IMG/VR virus record: IMGVR_UViG_3300021541_000005
Length of the DNA stretch: 64,000 nt
Source of the DNA: a virus
Strand: one strand, 5' to 3'
Positions 25,001 through 35,800 of this stretch are shown one piece after another. Below the pieces are notes generated by a model that ran no database searches, was not told the DNA's origin, and was given only the letters and a program-made list of their open reading frames with translations. How positions within the stretch are numbered: the stretch's first letter is position 1; every line of letters starts with the position of its first letter. A program made the position numbers and the translations under genes.

Positions 25001-26775
25001 TTATTAATGGTGTACTCAACGCTATGGGTATACATTCACCAGGTATTATTCAAAATAGTATTACTGATGAATTCAAGAACTCTGTTCAAAAGATTAAGGA
25101 TGCTATTAAGCCGGCTGGTGAGTATGCAAGGCAAGTTGGTGCAGAGATAGTTGATAAATTTGGTGAACCGAAATTATCATTGGATACTGATGATTTAATG
25201 CCTTATTATGATTTGGATGAAAATCCGTTAGAAAATGTTGATTTAGCCAGTATGGATTTATCTAGTGTGTCTGGTGGTTTGGATTCTGCAATGGGTATGA
25301 CTGATGATACTAATGTTATGATTGGTGAATCTTATGATGCATTAGCAACAATGATGATGACTACTTTGCAGAATATGGTTTTACAGGATCAATTTGCTTA
25401 TGGTCAAATTCAGTCTAATGATTTAGCTACTTTCCAGAATATTAGTACTGGTTTGAACTTGAATTTGTTGTCTATGAGTAATAATCTTCGTACTCAGTTA
25501 AATCTTATGTTATTAACTCATCGTACTGCTATGACTAGTGCTACTAATACTACTCGTCAGCAATTGGCGTTAATGTTGAATGAAACAATGAAAGTCACCA
25601 GTGAGATGAGGTCTGCATGGGCGGTAATGGCAGACAGTATAATAAGTGCTGCTGCAAGGATTAAAAATGAAGCTACTGCTTACTTTGACCAGTTATCTTC
25701 TACGATTGGTACTTTTTACAGGAAATTGCAGAATCCATCACAGTGGGCTGGTGGTGATTCTACTGGATCACCTTCTACTATAAGGCGTGTTGGTCGTGAC
25801 CCTGCGGTTATGACTCGTATCACTCGTGGTGTGGCTAATAGTTTAAGACGTGATAATCAATTGCCTTACACTATTACTGCGGTTAAAGCGATGGATAATG
25901 GATTGGTTAGTCCTGTAACCTTGGAGTATATGGATAAAACTGCATCTGATAATTTAAATCTTATTGATTTGATTCAACGTGGTGCCTGTCCTAATTGTTT
26001 TGCTGGTGGATGGGATGCTGTTGCAGATCCAAACATTGCTTATATTAAGCAGACTGCTCGTGAGTGGCAAATGAAAGGGCCTGCTGTGCATACTGGTGTT
26101 GGTGATATTGACACTGGTTTATCTTTCCGTGTTAAAGACTTTGAAGGTGGAACACCGCATATTAGTTGGGAATCCTTTGTTAGGATTGCTACGGCGATTG
26201 CTAGTGCAATACCTTATGAATTGTACTACAATAGTGATGCTCATGGCTCTTGGCAAAATGCTATTGCTGCGGGTTCATGGAATTGTTATGATGGTGCTTC
26301 TGCAATGGTGGCTCTTGCAAATACCTGTGGTTATGGTGGTTATGTTGATTGTGGTTTGAATTGGGGTGGTTTTGGTCATTGTGCTGCTATTATTAATGGT
26401 TATACTTTCGATACAACTGCTTTAAGGCAACGTGGTGGTTGGACTGCTGGTCCATGCAGTTATAGTCATCCGGCACCATCTGCTGGAGGTCCAATTAATG
26501 TTCATATTCCTGGAGGCAGATCTGCTCCACGTACACATTCCAATCCATTAGAAGGATTATTTGACAATAATAATTCTAGGGGTAATGTTGAAGAGGTTAA
26601 ATTAACATTAGAACATAAAGTGGATGTTACTGTTGATGGTAATGTTGAAAATATTGGTACTGATGCATTAATCAAAGAATTAACTGAGTCAGTCACTGAT
26701 AAAAGATTGATTGACCGTATTGCTGATGCATTAATTAAAAGGGATAAACGTATAGCTCGTATGGGAGGTGCATAA
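22054..26775 (+). CDS. Tape measure protein with C-terminal cysteine-peptidase-like domain
   Basis: 1573 aa, Ala-rich helical repeats, NPITWIVVAL, W-spaced repeats; NCYD...GH...D near C terminus. Confidence 0.92.
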   Translation: MVSENIVKIILKMEDQATQMAQKADQAISKLGNTAQTSNQKASQSAQQLTQKYESTNDSIRRVGQAVEKVGQNGAKSFNNMGEATQKAVINFNRLDEQSQNVIRHMGNLDDESRQTFLGMYSYAQDAISKFDALQNETRTWGTTFDYTRSKMQLMGTNVDSLKGKIQVVGSSITTHLGNKWDTIKSKVTVFGNYITSHLSSALSTVRSKIQSLGDAFTGIGGVISTVFGGIGLKAMTDMTIGASINRDRIKSLSFAMLGYGESFESFSKGIWKQMDSMTNASLVSLDQLSQAASVVKMSTNASKEQMKELLPVLNDIGQRAILMGKSGDEAMGLMQAAGKGLNGEFEMLRENFGITKEKLENAGWNGSAEDIDGYTQALKKCLAESGDVNGMMDTTSGKITRLQKMWNVSARSLGDQFKPALDQALNSLLKFLDADNNGEIDKQAQGWVQCAVGAMTAASAFATLAPSIAPALQVMDMFFSKGRAVLTFLGLLEAEEGALTASTLANTIAEKANAIAKAAKGVTTAELTAEEVALGAAEAGLTAEEIAAAAAHAGSAVAMTAEGAAAVTAAGGTTTLTGALWGMTTALLSNPITWIVVALVALAVAVYEVGKAFGWWKDIPTLLAAVWSGIQRMWNAFINHPDVKAVIGVLVTAWNSLVSAIGWVISKVEEFFGIHINGEFDVVHAIIEGIGVAWQVITMPIRTVISIIQFLIPVFQSVASAVQTAQSKFGAFGGFLATMASPIIFVWELLRKIVCILLGCSPGIVPALQRTWEVFQEVFNAIAGFIGGIISPIVESIRPLIDIFVEIVTYLVEMFMPAWDLLSNILLVIWNAVSQLINIFQAFLSGQITLPQMLNMIWNLILTAYMTILTMIINFVFQWAGQIVSAAINAASGFVNGIITYISGLPGRFFSYLAQTTSNIINAGAQWVNTARQKASEMVNSASTTVQQLPGKIYTEFTKVPDRIREAIPQAIAAALNFGKEIINGVLNAMGIHSPGIIQNSITDEFKNSVQKIKDAIKPAGEYARQVGAEIVDKFGEPKLSLDTDDLMPYYDLDENPLENVDLASMDLSSVSGGLDSAMGMTDDTNVMIGESYDALATMMMTTLQNMVLQDQFAYGQIQSNDLATFQNISTGLNLNLLSMSNNLRTQLNLMLLTHRTAMTSATNTTRQQLALMLNETMKVTSEMRSAWAVMADSIISAAARIKNEATAYFDQLSSTIGTFYRKLQNPSQWAGGDSTGSPSTIRRVGRDPAVMTRITRGVANSLRRDNQLPYTITAVKAMDNGLVSPVTLEYMDKTASDNLNLIDLIQRGACPNCFAGGWDAVADPNIAYIKQTAREWQMKGPAVHTGVGDIDTGLSFRVKDFEGGTPHISWESFVRIATAIASAIPYELYYNSDAHGSWQNAIAAGSWNCYDGASAMVALANTCGYGGYVDCGLNWGGFGHCAAIINGYTFDTTALRQRGGWTAGPCSYSHPAPSAGGPINVHIPGGRSAPRTHSNPLEGLFDNNNSRGNVEEVKLTLEHKVDVTVDGNVENIGTDALIKELTESVTDKRLIDRIADALIKRDKRIARMGGA

Positions 26776-26778
26776 ATA

Positions 26779-27558
26779 ATGGAGAAAATAAGTGTTAACC
26801 CTGGTAGATGCCGTGTTCATGGTAATATTATAGGTTACAAATATGGTTATTTGGAAACTGATATTGGTTTTCAAAGCCATAAATGTGAAGTGGCATTGAA
26901 TCCCACACAATCAAAAGGATATGAGGATTTTGATGTCTATTCTTTTGCTTTAACAAAAAATTCGAACTTAGTTAATAAGTTTAATGATAGTATTGCTTAC
27001 TGTAGTGAAACAGATATTGATGCTATAGGTGGTTTTCTTTATGTTTGTGAGCATTTTGATAGTACATTTGATCCAATAGAATCTATTGCGAATATTCAAA
27101 ATTTCACTAATGGTTATAAATTGGTGGTGAAAAATGATTATCTAGTTAATGGGGTGGACAATACCTCTCCATTTTACCTTTTAATCCATCAAAACGGTAC
27201 AGGTGTAGCCATACCATCTGGTACAACAAGGATATTGTTCAGTACTACTTATGAAGCCTCACAACATATCAGTAGCATTAAAGTAGGCTTTGTTTATTTC
27301 GATAAAAACCATAATTATATTTCCAGTAAAGAAATAACTGATATTGCAAATGTCGCAACGGGCAATCGTGGACGTTGTAATGTACAAACAACTAACATAC
27401 CATCCAATGCTAAATATGTGAGTGTTGAATTCCATTTCAAAAATGGTGTAGGACAATACACAAATACCTCTGGAATATTGAAAAACGATTACTTTAGTAT
27501 GGAATTAAACTGTTTACTCTTTAACCAAACTTATGGAGGTTTTGTTAAAAATGGCTAG
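26779..27558 (+). CDS. Tail-associated protein, beta-rich
   Basis: Follows tape measure; IPSNAKYVSV carbohydrate-binding-like C terminus. Confidence 0.55.
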   Translation: MEKISVNPGRCRVHGNIIGYKYGYLETDIGFQSHKCEVALNPTQSKGYEDFDVYSFALTKNSNLVNKFNDSIAYCSETDIDAIGGFLYVCEHFDSTFDPIESIANIQNFTNGYKLVVKNDYLVNGVDNTSPFYLLIHQNGTGVAIPSGTTRILFSTTYEASQHISSIKVGFVYFDKNHNYISSKEITDIANVATGNRGRCNVQTTNIPSNAKYVSVEFHFKNGVGQYTNTSGILKNDYFSMELNCLLFNQTYGGFVKNG

Positions 27559-30373
27559 AGTAACATTATATCCAGTATGGGAAAATAACACTGGAATGCG
27601 TAATGTTAATGGTAATACTGGTATCTATCGTGAGATGGAGGATATTCAGGGATTACATGATACAACCATTTATGGGCATTGGGGTAATGAAGACCCTGGA
27701 GCAGGTTATATGTATGCCGTCGCTTCGGTTAATGGTGGTAAATTTAAGCCTTCACAGATTGAAGTCACTAATTTCCATGTACTCGATAATATACCAGCTA
27801 ATGCTCGTATTAAAAGCATTCAGGTTGAGTATGAGTATGCGAAATTTGCGTATCCTAATATGGGTCATGGATCATTCGGCCAACCTGTGATTAGCATACC
27901 TACATTAGGTTTGTTTGCACCGGGTAATGCTCCACCTAAAGATGTTCTCACAGCATATAATGTTAAATTTGATGATTTAAAATTTACCGCAGAGGATTTG
28001 GCGGATGTCAAGGTTACTTTTGATTTACCAATGAACACGTCAGCGAATCCTGCTTATGTGAAAATGAACTATCTTAGATTAAATATTGAATATATAGTCC
28101 CGAATTATGTTCCACAGGTTAGTTTCGGTTTGAATAGTATTGAGTATGGGATGGAAGCTCCTGTTACGGTTGAAGTAATTGATACTAATAATGCTATATC
28201 TGTTGCTGATGTGGATTGTACTGTAATAGTCACTCCTGGATTAAGGCTTGTGGATGGTAGTGTTAATTGCAGTGGAACATTTGACCCTGCTAATCATGTA
28301 TGGCATGCAAAAACCAATAATGGTAAAGCAACATTAACATTTAAGGTCACACCTGCGGATCCGAGTGTTCAAGGTTTGAATAATGTTAATGCTTATGTTT
28401 TCATGGATTCATCAACTATTCATTCATCTGTAGAATCATTGTATATTACACCGCAAAAAGCTTATCTTTTGGAATGCAGTGTATCTGAAAATGCTATAAA
28501 ACAAAGTCTAAACAGTAGGCATTATACATTATTCACTTTAACAGTGCAGAATAATGCCCGTACACCTTTAGACGTTCATTTAGATTTTGATAAACTGGAA
28601 TATGAAGGCACCCTTGAAGGTTATGATGAAGATACAAAAACTTTAACAATCACTGAATGGGATGGAAATAATTATTTCGATGTTCAATTAAGGGTGTATA
28701 GTACTGTTTTAGAGGATGCTCAAATCATATGTTACAGTTCAGCATGGACTGGAGTAACAAAGATAAAAGTGAATGTAAATGAAGAGTTTGACTATGAAGA
28801 GTATTATACAGAGTTAAATGCACCATTATTTACTTTAGAAAATATGCAAGGTACAAACGGTCAAGAATATGTTTTCGGCTGTCTTTGTAGAGTTACAGGA
28901 ACAAATAATATCATTAAAGGCATGAAAAATGCACGTGCTTCTGTATTAAATAATGGGGAAAAATTCACATCTAAAGTGTCACAAATAGGTTCATGGCAGT
29001 TATTGGCTGTTAAATTTACTTATAATGAATCTAAAAAGTTGTCTTTCCGTTTTTATGGTAATTATATTGAGGTTGATCAGGGTAAAATTGAGTTTGGTAA
29101 TCTTTTTGTGATTCATGCTGATTATTATTCAGGTTATGAATATCCTGCTTTGGCTTTTGAAGAGTTACATTCTCTTATTACAAATGAGGATTATACTAAT
29201 CTTTTATTAGAACCTCCAGAAAAGAATCCGTCAAGCAGACATTATTTTGATTTAATTGACTGGATGGGTTTGGAGGATAATCAATATTTGATACCTCATG
29301 GTTTGGAAGTTACTGGAGATATTTCTGCTGAAGAAACTATAGGCATTACATTAGGTTTTGGCCACAAAGGTATAGATGAATTTGACTTTATTTCCGATAG
29401 TTTAAACATTGATGAGAATACTCAAACATTCAAGTTCGGAGGTAAATTTGAAACCTTGGGTTTGAGTTTTACAGACATCTCCACTTTATTAAAAGACATT
29501 GCTTTCTATCTACAAATTGATGACATGTATGATAATCAAACACCCATCAACGTTCAAATGAAAAACGTAAAAATAACCCTCTACTATAGCCTGAACAGTG
29601 ATTGCTGGGAATTCTTTATCAATGGTGTTTCATCAAAACACTACTTATTAGACCTTCAAGCAGATAGTGAAATACCAAGAGGTGCTAAATACGATGTTAA
29701 TAAATTCAAAGTTGACGGTGCTGATGGTGAATATCCAAACAGAATTAATCTCAAAGGAAACAAATTAAAAATAAAATTTGGGACCTGTGAATGTGGAACT
29801 ATTGAAGACTTAACATATCTATTAGAACATGTTGTAGAATGGTTATATCCTGAAAGAGATAGTCTAGATAACCCTTTATTGAAAACAATAAGTTTCTTTT
29901 ACGCTCCTGATGTAGGTTATGATTATTACATCGAAGATACAATGGATGCTGAAGCTGTAGACGGTGCTTATGAATGTGAAGTAGAACTAATTGTACCTTC
30001 AGGACTGGCCCGCAATCTTCATGAAACAGAAAGTTCTGCAACAGGCCATACAGGCCACATGGGTAAAGTAAAACCAGTAATATTATTCTACATCTTAAGC
30101 CATGACAGTGAAATAATTGTAATTGAAAGCAAAACCGGTCAAAAATTAACAGTAACTGGAGAATTCATTGATAATTTACCATTAAACACATTGTTAAAAC
30201 TTGACTGTGGAAATCGTAAACTTTACTACGAATCCTATGGTGAATGGTTTGATATAGATCCAAATTGCATTACACTAGACAGTGATTTCTTTACCTTAGC
30301 AGGTTATTTTGATTTTTCAACTAGTGTCAACTGCAAAATATCTGAAGTAAAATACTATGAATTAAAAGGGTGA
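27551..30373 (+). CDS. Large distal-tail (Dit-like) protein with N-terminal adhesin/DUF11-like modules
   Basis: PGLRLVDGSVNCSGTFDPANHVWH DUF11-like segment; C-terminal Dit-like region beginning FFINGVSSK. Confidence 0.6.
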   Translation: MARVTLYPVWENNTGMRNVNGNTGIYREMEDIQGLHDTTIYGHWGNEDPGAGYMYAVASVNGGKFKPSQIEVTNFHVLDNIPANARIKSIQVEYEYAKFAYPNMGHGSFGQPVISIPTLGLFAPGNAPPKDVLTAYNVKFDDLKFTAEDLADVKVTFDLPMNTSANPAYVKMNYLRLNIEYIVPNYVPQVSFGLNSIEYGMEAPVTVEVIDTNNAISVADVDCTVIVTPGLRLVDGSVNCSGTFDPANHVWHAKTNNGKATLTFKVTPADPSVQGLNNVNAYVFMDSSTIHSSVESLYITPQKAYLLECSVSENAIKQSLNSRHYTLFTLTVQNNARTPLDVHLDFDKLEYEGTLEGYDEDTKTLTITEWDGNNYFDVQLRVYSTVLEDAQIICYSSAWTGVTKIKVNVNEEFDYEEYYTELNAPLFTLENMQGTNGQEYVFGCLCRVTGTNNIIKGMKNARASVLNNGEKFTSKVSQIGSWQLLAVKFTYNESKKLSFRFYGNYIEVDQGKIEFGNLFVIHADYYSGYEYPALAFEELHSLITNEDYTNLLLEPPEKNPSSRHYFDLIDWMGLEDNQYLIPHGLEVTGDISAEETIGITLGFGHKGIDEFDFISDSLNIDENTQTFKFGGKFETLGLSFTDISTLLKDIAFYLQIDDMYDNQTPINVQMKNVKITLYYSLNSDCWEFFINGVSSKHYLLDLQADSEIPRGAKYDVNKFKVDGADGEYPNRINLKGNKLKIKFGTCECGTIEDLTYLLEHVVEWLYPERDSLDNPLLKTISFFYAPDVGYDYYIEDTMDAEAVDGAYECEVELIVPSGLARNLHETESSATGHTGHMGKVKPVILFYILSHDSEIIVIESKTGQKLTVTGEFIDNLPLNTLLKLDCGNRKLYYESYGEWFDIDPNCITLDSDFFTLAGYFDFSTSVNCKISEVKYYELKG

Positions 30374-30377
30374 TTAG

Positions 30378-32894
30378 ATGATTGTAATTTTAGATCATGA
30401 TGAAAACATCCTTGAATTCATGGATGATGCAGATGCCAGTGTTGAAATCACAGACACTTACGGAGGATATAATTCTTTAGATTTAGATTGTGAATTAACT
30501 GATGTAAAAAAAGACCAATACCTCTTTAAACAAGGAAACAAACTGTTGATAAATAATATTCTTTTTGTAATTAATACTGAGGTTGAAGTGGACTATGTGG
30601 ATAATTTAATACATTTAGAAGCTGAAGAACTGGTCTATGAGTTAAATAATTGTGAACCATTCTATATTAATGATCCAATTTTTAAACAATATGTTTCAGG
30701 AAAAACAATTAAAATATCTTTCAACATGTTAAACTTACTATTCAAAGGATTTTACACTGTTGATGCTACAGATTTAAATGAAATAAGCTATGATAAGAAG
30801 TATGTTACTGTACAGGGAACAATTACAAAGTATAATCTTCTTAAAGAGATTGAAACGGCCACAGGATTAATGTTTAAATACCATTATGCTTTAGATGGAA
30901 ATAAAGTCATTAAAAAGGTGAGTCTGCTTAAACCTGAAAACTATGGAGTAACACATTCACAGCTCCTGGAACGTGTAACTGTAGGTGAAAATACAAATAA
31001 ACTGGAATATAGTAGTGATGAAACCAAAAACGCCCTTGGAATAATGCCTATTATCAAATCAGAAAACAATAGTAATGTTGATTATAATAAAATTTTACAA
31101 CAATTTTATAATTTAGACATTAACAACGAAAGAATAATGCCTTATTATGTAAATTACAGTGTTTTAGAAGAAAACTTCCTAAGTGCTGCTAAAACGCTAC
31201 ATGAAAAGATTACTACTTTTGGCATTATCCCAGATACTATTCCTATGATTTTTGATGATGATGAAATAATACCTGTAGGAATGAGCCAATTTGTCGATAT
31301 GGCAACAAAATATTTGATAAACTCGGATGAAGTTATACATCTAATTATTGTAGAACCTCCAAGCATTACACATGGTGACCGCTTAAACTGTGTTTTTGAA
31401 GAAACAGAGATTAACAACTTAGCCTACACTGTCCAAGATTATATCGCAAAAACAGGTCATATTAACACTACTATTTCAACAGGCCATGGGCGATTAAGTT
31501 TCCAATGGTTAATCTACATATTTGCAGAATATTTAACTACAAAAAAGAAAGTAGTCTGTAAATCTGAAGATTATCCTAATTTAAATAAACTTCTACCTTC
31601 TGAAGTACAATATAATGTACGTCGCATTGTTGACACTGATAATTATGAGTATATGCCTTACGTTTACACCCAAAATACCAGTGAATCAAATAACATTCCG
31701 TATCAAACACCAATGAATCCATTACCTGGGAAAAACATGTATGACTTAAATAATTACATTAGTGAATCATATCCACAAATGGTCATAACAAAAACAGCAG
31801 GTGTAGAAAACATCACTATAACAATATCTAAACAAAATATTAGTCAAAACACACCAGAATCTTTCGTAATAGGATTCCGTGATGTGAATCTAATACAGGA
31901 TGGTACGGATATTACAATAGATTTCAATAAACAGGAAATCGTTTTCATGAAATTCTTTGAATGGATTGAAGAAAAAGAAGTTGAAGTTACAGAATCCATA
32001 CCTGCCGATGATGTTATAACAGTCAATATGATGCCTTCCTGTGGTTGCTGCGGTTACCCAAAAACACCATACAAACGCTTCACGAAAACATGGAAAAATT
32101 ACTGTCCAAACTGTAAAAAATCAGGTACTTTAACAGATAATCCTAAAGGCGTTTATGAAGGTGAAATAACTTGCAGTATGAAAAAAGGCGGATGTGACGC
32201 AGACTACTGCGGATACTGCGGCGGTGACAAATGGGGTGGTGGAAAATGTGCTAGAGTAAAATTAACTCCTGCTGAAGCAACCACCGAAGAAACACGCACC
32301 GAAACGATACAGGAAGTACATCAAGAATATAAAGAAGTCACAGCTAATGATGACAATAACGGAGAGGATGAAACTAAAATAAGATTAAATCAAATACTAA
32401 CAGAAAACTCAAAATTAGACTCATGGCATGGAGATATAAGTATAAAAATCGAAGGAGCAACATTAAAAAGTCTAAAATCAGATTCCGTTAAATTATATGA
32501 ATTAGCACCATTCCCTTATGTAAAAGAGAAAGGTGACATGTTTATTCATGCTCCTATAACCTCAGCAGATTTCTACTATACTCACATGACAAATGACAAT
32601 CCAAAATTAGAACCCTTTGAAACTTCAGAACAATCCATCGAGGAAGTTTTAATCGGCTGCTGGAAAAAATTAAATGGTTCTGGTGATAATACGAATTGGT
32701 TAGAAAAATCAGAGGATATTGAAGTAGATTTAACTGAAGAAAACTTGGATTTAGAAGCTGGAGACTTTGTATATATCAAACTACCTGATAGTATGGTGTT
32801 CAAGGCACAAATTACAGAGAAAAAATATGATCCAAAAATCAAATCAGATTCCAAATTAAAAATTGGAAACGTTTCCAGGGAGGCAATTGTATGA
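30378..32894 (+). CDS. Tail tip/hub (Tal-like) protein with pseudomurein-binding-like and Cys-rich inserts
   Basis: MIVILDHDENIL N terminus and GDFVYI...AQITEKKYD C terminus typical of phage tail hub proteins. Confidence 0.65.
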   Translation: MIVILDHDENILEFMDDADASVEITDTYGGYNSLDLDCELTDVKKDQYLFKQGNKLLINNILFVINTEVEVDYVDNLIHLEAEELVYELNNCEPFYINDPIFKQYVSGKTIKISFNMLNLLFKGFYTVDATDLNEISYDKKYVTVQGTITKYNLLKEIETATGLMFKYHYALDGNKVIKKVSLLKPENYGVTHSQLLERVTVGENTNKLEYSSDETKNALGIMPIIKSENNSNVDYNKILQQFYNLDINNERIMPYYVNYSVLEENFLSAAKTLHEKITTFGIIPDTIPMIFDDDEIIPVGMSQFVDMATKYLINSDEVIHLIIVEPPSITHGDRLNCVFEETEINNLAYTVQDYIAKTGHINTTISTGHGRLSFQWLIYIFAEYLTTKKKVVCKSEDYPNLNKLLPSEVQYNVRRIVDTDNYEYMPYVYTQNTSESNNIPYQTPMNPLPGKNMYDLNNYISESYPQMVITKTAGVENITITISKQNISQNTPESFVIGFRDVNLIQDGTDITIDFNKQEIVFMKFFEWIEEKEVEVTESIPADDVITVNMMPSCGCCGYPKTPYKRFTKTWKNYCPNCKKSGTLTDNPKGVYEGEITCSMKKGGCDADYCGYCGGDKWGGGKCARVKLTPAEATTEETRTETIQEVHQEYKEVTANDDNNGEDETKIRLNQILTENSKLDSWHGDISIKIEGATLKSLKSDSVKLYELAPFPYVKEKGDMFIHAPITSADFYYTHMTNDNPKLEPFETSEQSIEEVLIGCWKKLNGSGDNTNWLEKSEDIEVDLTEENLDLEAGDFVYIKLPDSMVFKAQITEKKYDPKIKSDSKLKIGNVSREAIV

Positions 32895-35800
32895 CTAAAT
32901 TAACAAACGCTGAAAAAGATAAACTAGATAATACCTGCGGAAACCTAAGAGTAACAAAGTTAGGAACGCATGTAAAATCATTAGAAGACTTTGTGAACGA
33001 AGGAGCACTCGCTACAAGAGCAAATGATGTAACTTCTGCAATCAATGAATTATATGGGATGATTGCGAACAATGAATGTGCAGACATTCAAATTCCACCA
33101 CCAGGATTCTTTACTCTTTTTGGTAATGATGAGGATGGTAAGTTATATGTGTATTATAATGATGAAGATCATCCGCCGGTATTCCGTCATGTGGAAGAGC
33201 CTGGGGAACTGGAAGGAACATTATACTTGTATATTGCAGATCCTGAAGGTGAAAATCATTTTGAAATGGAAATCGGCCATTATATTGCAGTAAAACATCT
33301 GGATAATTATTACACAAAAGCAGAGATTGATGCAGGTTACGCCATAAAAAACCATGCAAGCACAGCTAATACCTATGGTCTTGGTTCAACTTCTAAATAT
33401 GGGCATGTAAAAACAATAAATGGTTTAACTCAAGCAAGCCATGCAGATGGTCTTGCATTATCAGCATATCAAGGGAAAGTTTTGAAAACTGCTGTTGATG
33501 AAAAAGTAGTGACTGTTGAAAAGCAATCTTCAGCTGAACAGGGTTATGCTGCTACATATGTTGTAAAACAGAATGGGTCACAGGTTGGAGTTAAAATTAA
33601 TATTCCTAAAGACTTTCTTGTGAAATCTACTTCAGTTAAAACGTGTACTACTGCAAATCAACCTGTAAATGGGTATGAAGTCGGGGACATTTATATTGAT
33701 TGGGTTGTTAATTCAAAAGATAATACTGCAACAGATGAACATCTCTATTTGCGTGCAAAAGACATAGGATCTTATCCTCCCGATGAAGTCACATTAACAA
33801 TTGAAAATAATCAATTTAAAATCAAAAATGGTGGTGTTGGTTCTACTCAGCTTGCTAAAGACAGTGTAATCACGGATAAAATCAAAGATTCTAATGTCAC
33901 TACTGCAAAAATTAAAGATGGAAATGTTACAACAGTAAAAATCAAAGATGATAATGTAACTACTCCAAAAATTAAAGATTCTAATATTACTACTGATAAA
34001 ATTGCTGATGGTGCAGTTACAAATGATAAAGTAACTTCAATTACTAAAAATAAGATAAGTGATTTTAGTCACGCTCATGGAAACTTACAAAACGACGGTA
34101 AAGTAGGAACAAGTAATAATGAAAATAAAAATGTTGTAACTGATGGAAATGGAAAAATTACAACTGAAGCAAAACCAACAGTTCCAACAGCTAACAGTAC
34201 TGCTTCTAATATTAAGATGGATGGTACTCAAAGTGCAGGTTCATTATCTACTTTTGCTAAAGCCGACCATGTCCACCCAACTGACACTAGTAGAGCATCT
34301 ACTGACGTTGCTACTCAGTCTGCTAATGGTTTAATGAGTAGTTCAGATAAAACCAAATTAGATGGTATTGCAACTGGGGAAAATAAAACAACTATAGATT
34401 CTGCATTAAGCACAACTTCTACAAACCCTGTTCAAAATAAAGTCATCAAGGCAAAAATAGACACTTTAGCAACAAAAGAAGAAGTTGATGATATTATAGC
34501 AGGAGATATTGATTTAACAGGATATGTTAAAGATACAGATTCAAGATTGGCTGATGATAGAATTCCCAAAGTTATTGAAATTGATGGTACAGTAAATGAA
34601 CCTTATGATTTGGATTTAGTATATGGCACTGGTTTCTACATTGGTAATCGTGGTGGAAACAAAACATCTTTACATACTCCAGATGATACTTATGGTTCAA
34701 GATATGTGTTACTTGTGCAGGCATTTGGTTTAAATACATATATTAAACAAGTGTTTACATTTCTTAACAATGGAAAAACTTATACAAGATTCAAAACAAC
34801 TGGAAACTGGAGTTCATGGACTGAAATAAGTTATAATGGACATACTCATCATGACACAGATATTGATTGGGAAGGTGTCGCATTAGCAAATCAAGTAAGT
34901 CCATTAGATATGGCGATGTTCGAAGAATTAAGTGCAAATCGTCTGGCATTCTTAAGTGGAGATAATATTATTTTTGAATATTCAACAGATGGAGGTAGTA
35001 CATGGACAGAAGGATATAATGATGCCGATGGAAAAACAAAAAAATTAAAACTTGTTACTACATCAGAACGTTTCAGTGGAGGTAATGGTGCTACAAAATC
35101 TGTGAATAATCAAGCAAGAATCACATTAAAAGCAGGCGAAGCAAATGTAGCAAGTAAAATTTACATGTACACAAGAAAACTTATGATTTACTTCTCAACA
35201 GCAGGAAGTAGGGGCTGTAAATGTAAAGTAGAAACTTCAACATACGGTACTCCTAGTGCTTGGACAACTATAGGTACTTACAATATTGATGGATATTCCG
35301 GATGGAATAGTATACCATTAGCACTCACACTGGGAGGATTTGCAAGTCAGACTAATGGTACAAGAATACAAAATATTAGACTTACATTTAGTTGTACCAC
35401 TATAGGCAATTATAATTTTGAAATACAAAAAATAAGACTATTTGGTGAGACATGTTGGACATCTCCATCCACTATGGCGACTAATGGACATATGTATACT
35501 TTTGATGAAAATGGAGATGTTACATTCCCCGCAAAAATTATTAAATCTGGAGGAACATCCGCACAATTCTTAAAAGCTAATGGTGATATCGATTCAACCA
35601 CCTATGTAAGTGGAGCAGGAACTGGATTAACCAAAGATGGGGTGAATTTAAAACATAGCAATTCTGTTACTGCTGATACAACAGGTAATTTTAAAAAGTT
35701 GACATATGATTCTCAAGGACATATAACTGGAACAGTAAATGTACAGGCATCTGATTTGCCAACCCATTCACATGGAGCATCTGATTTGCCGACATCATCC

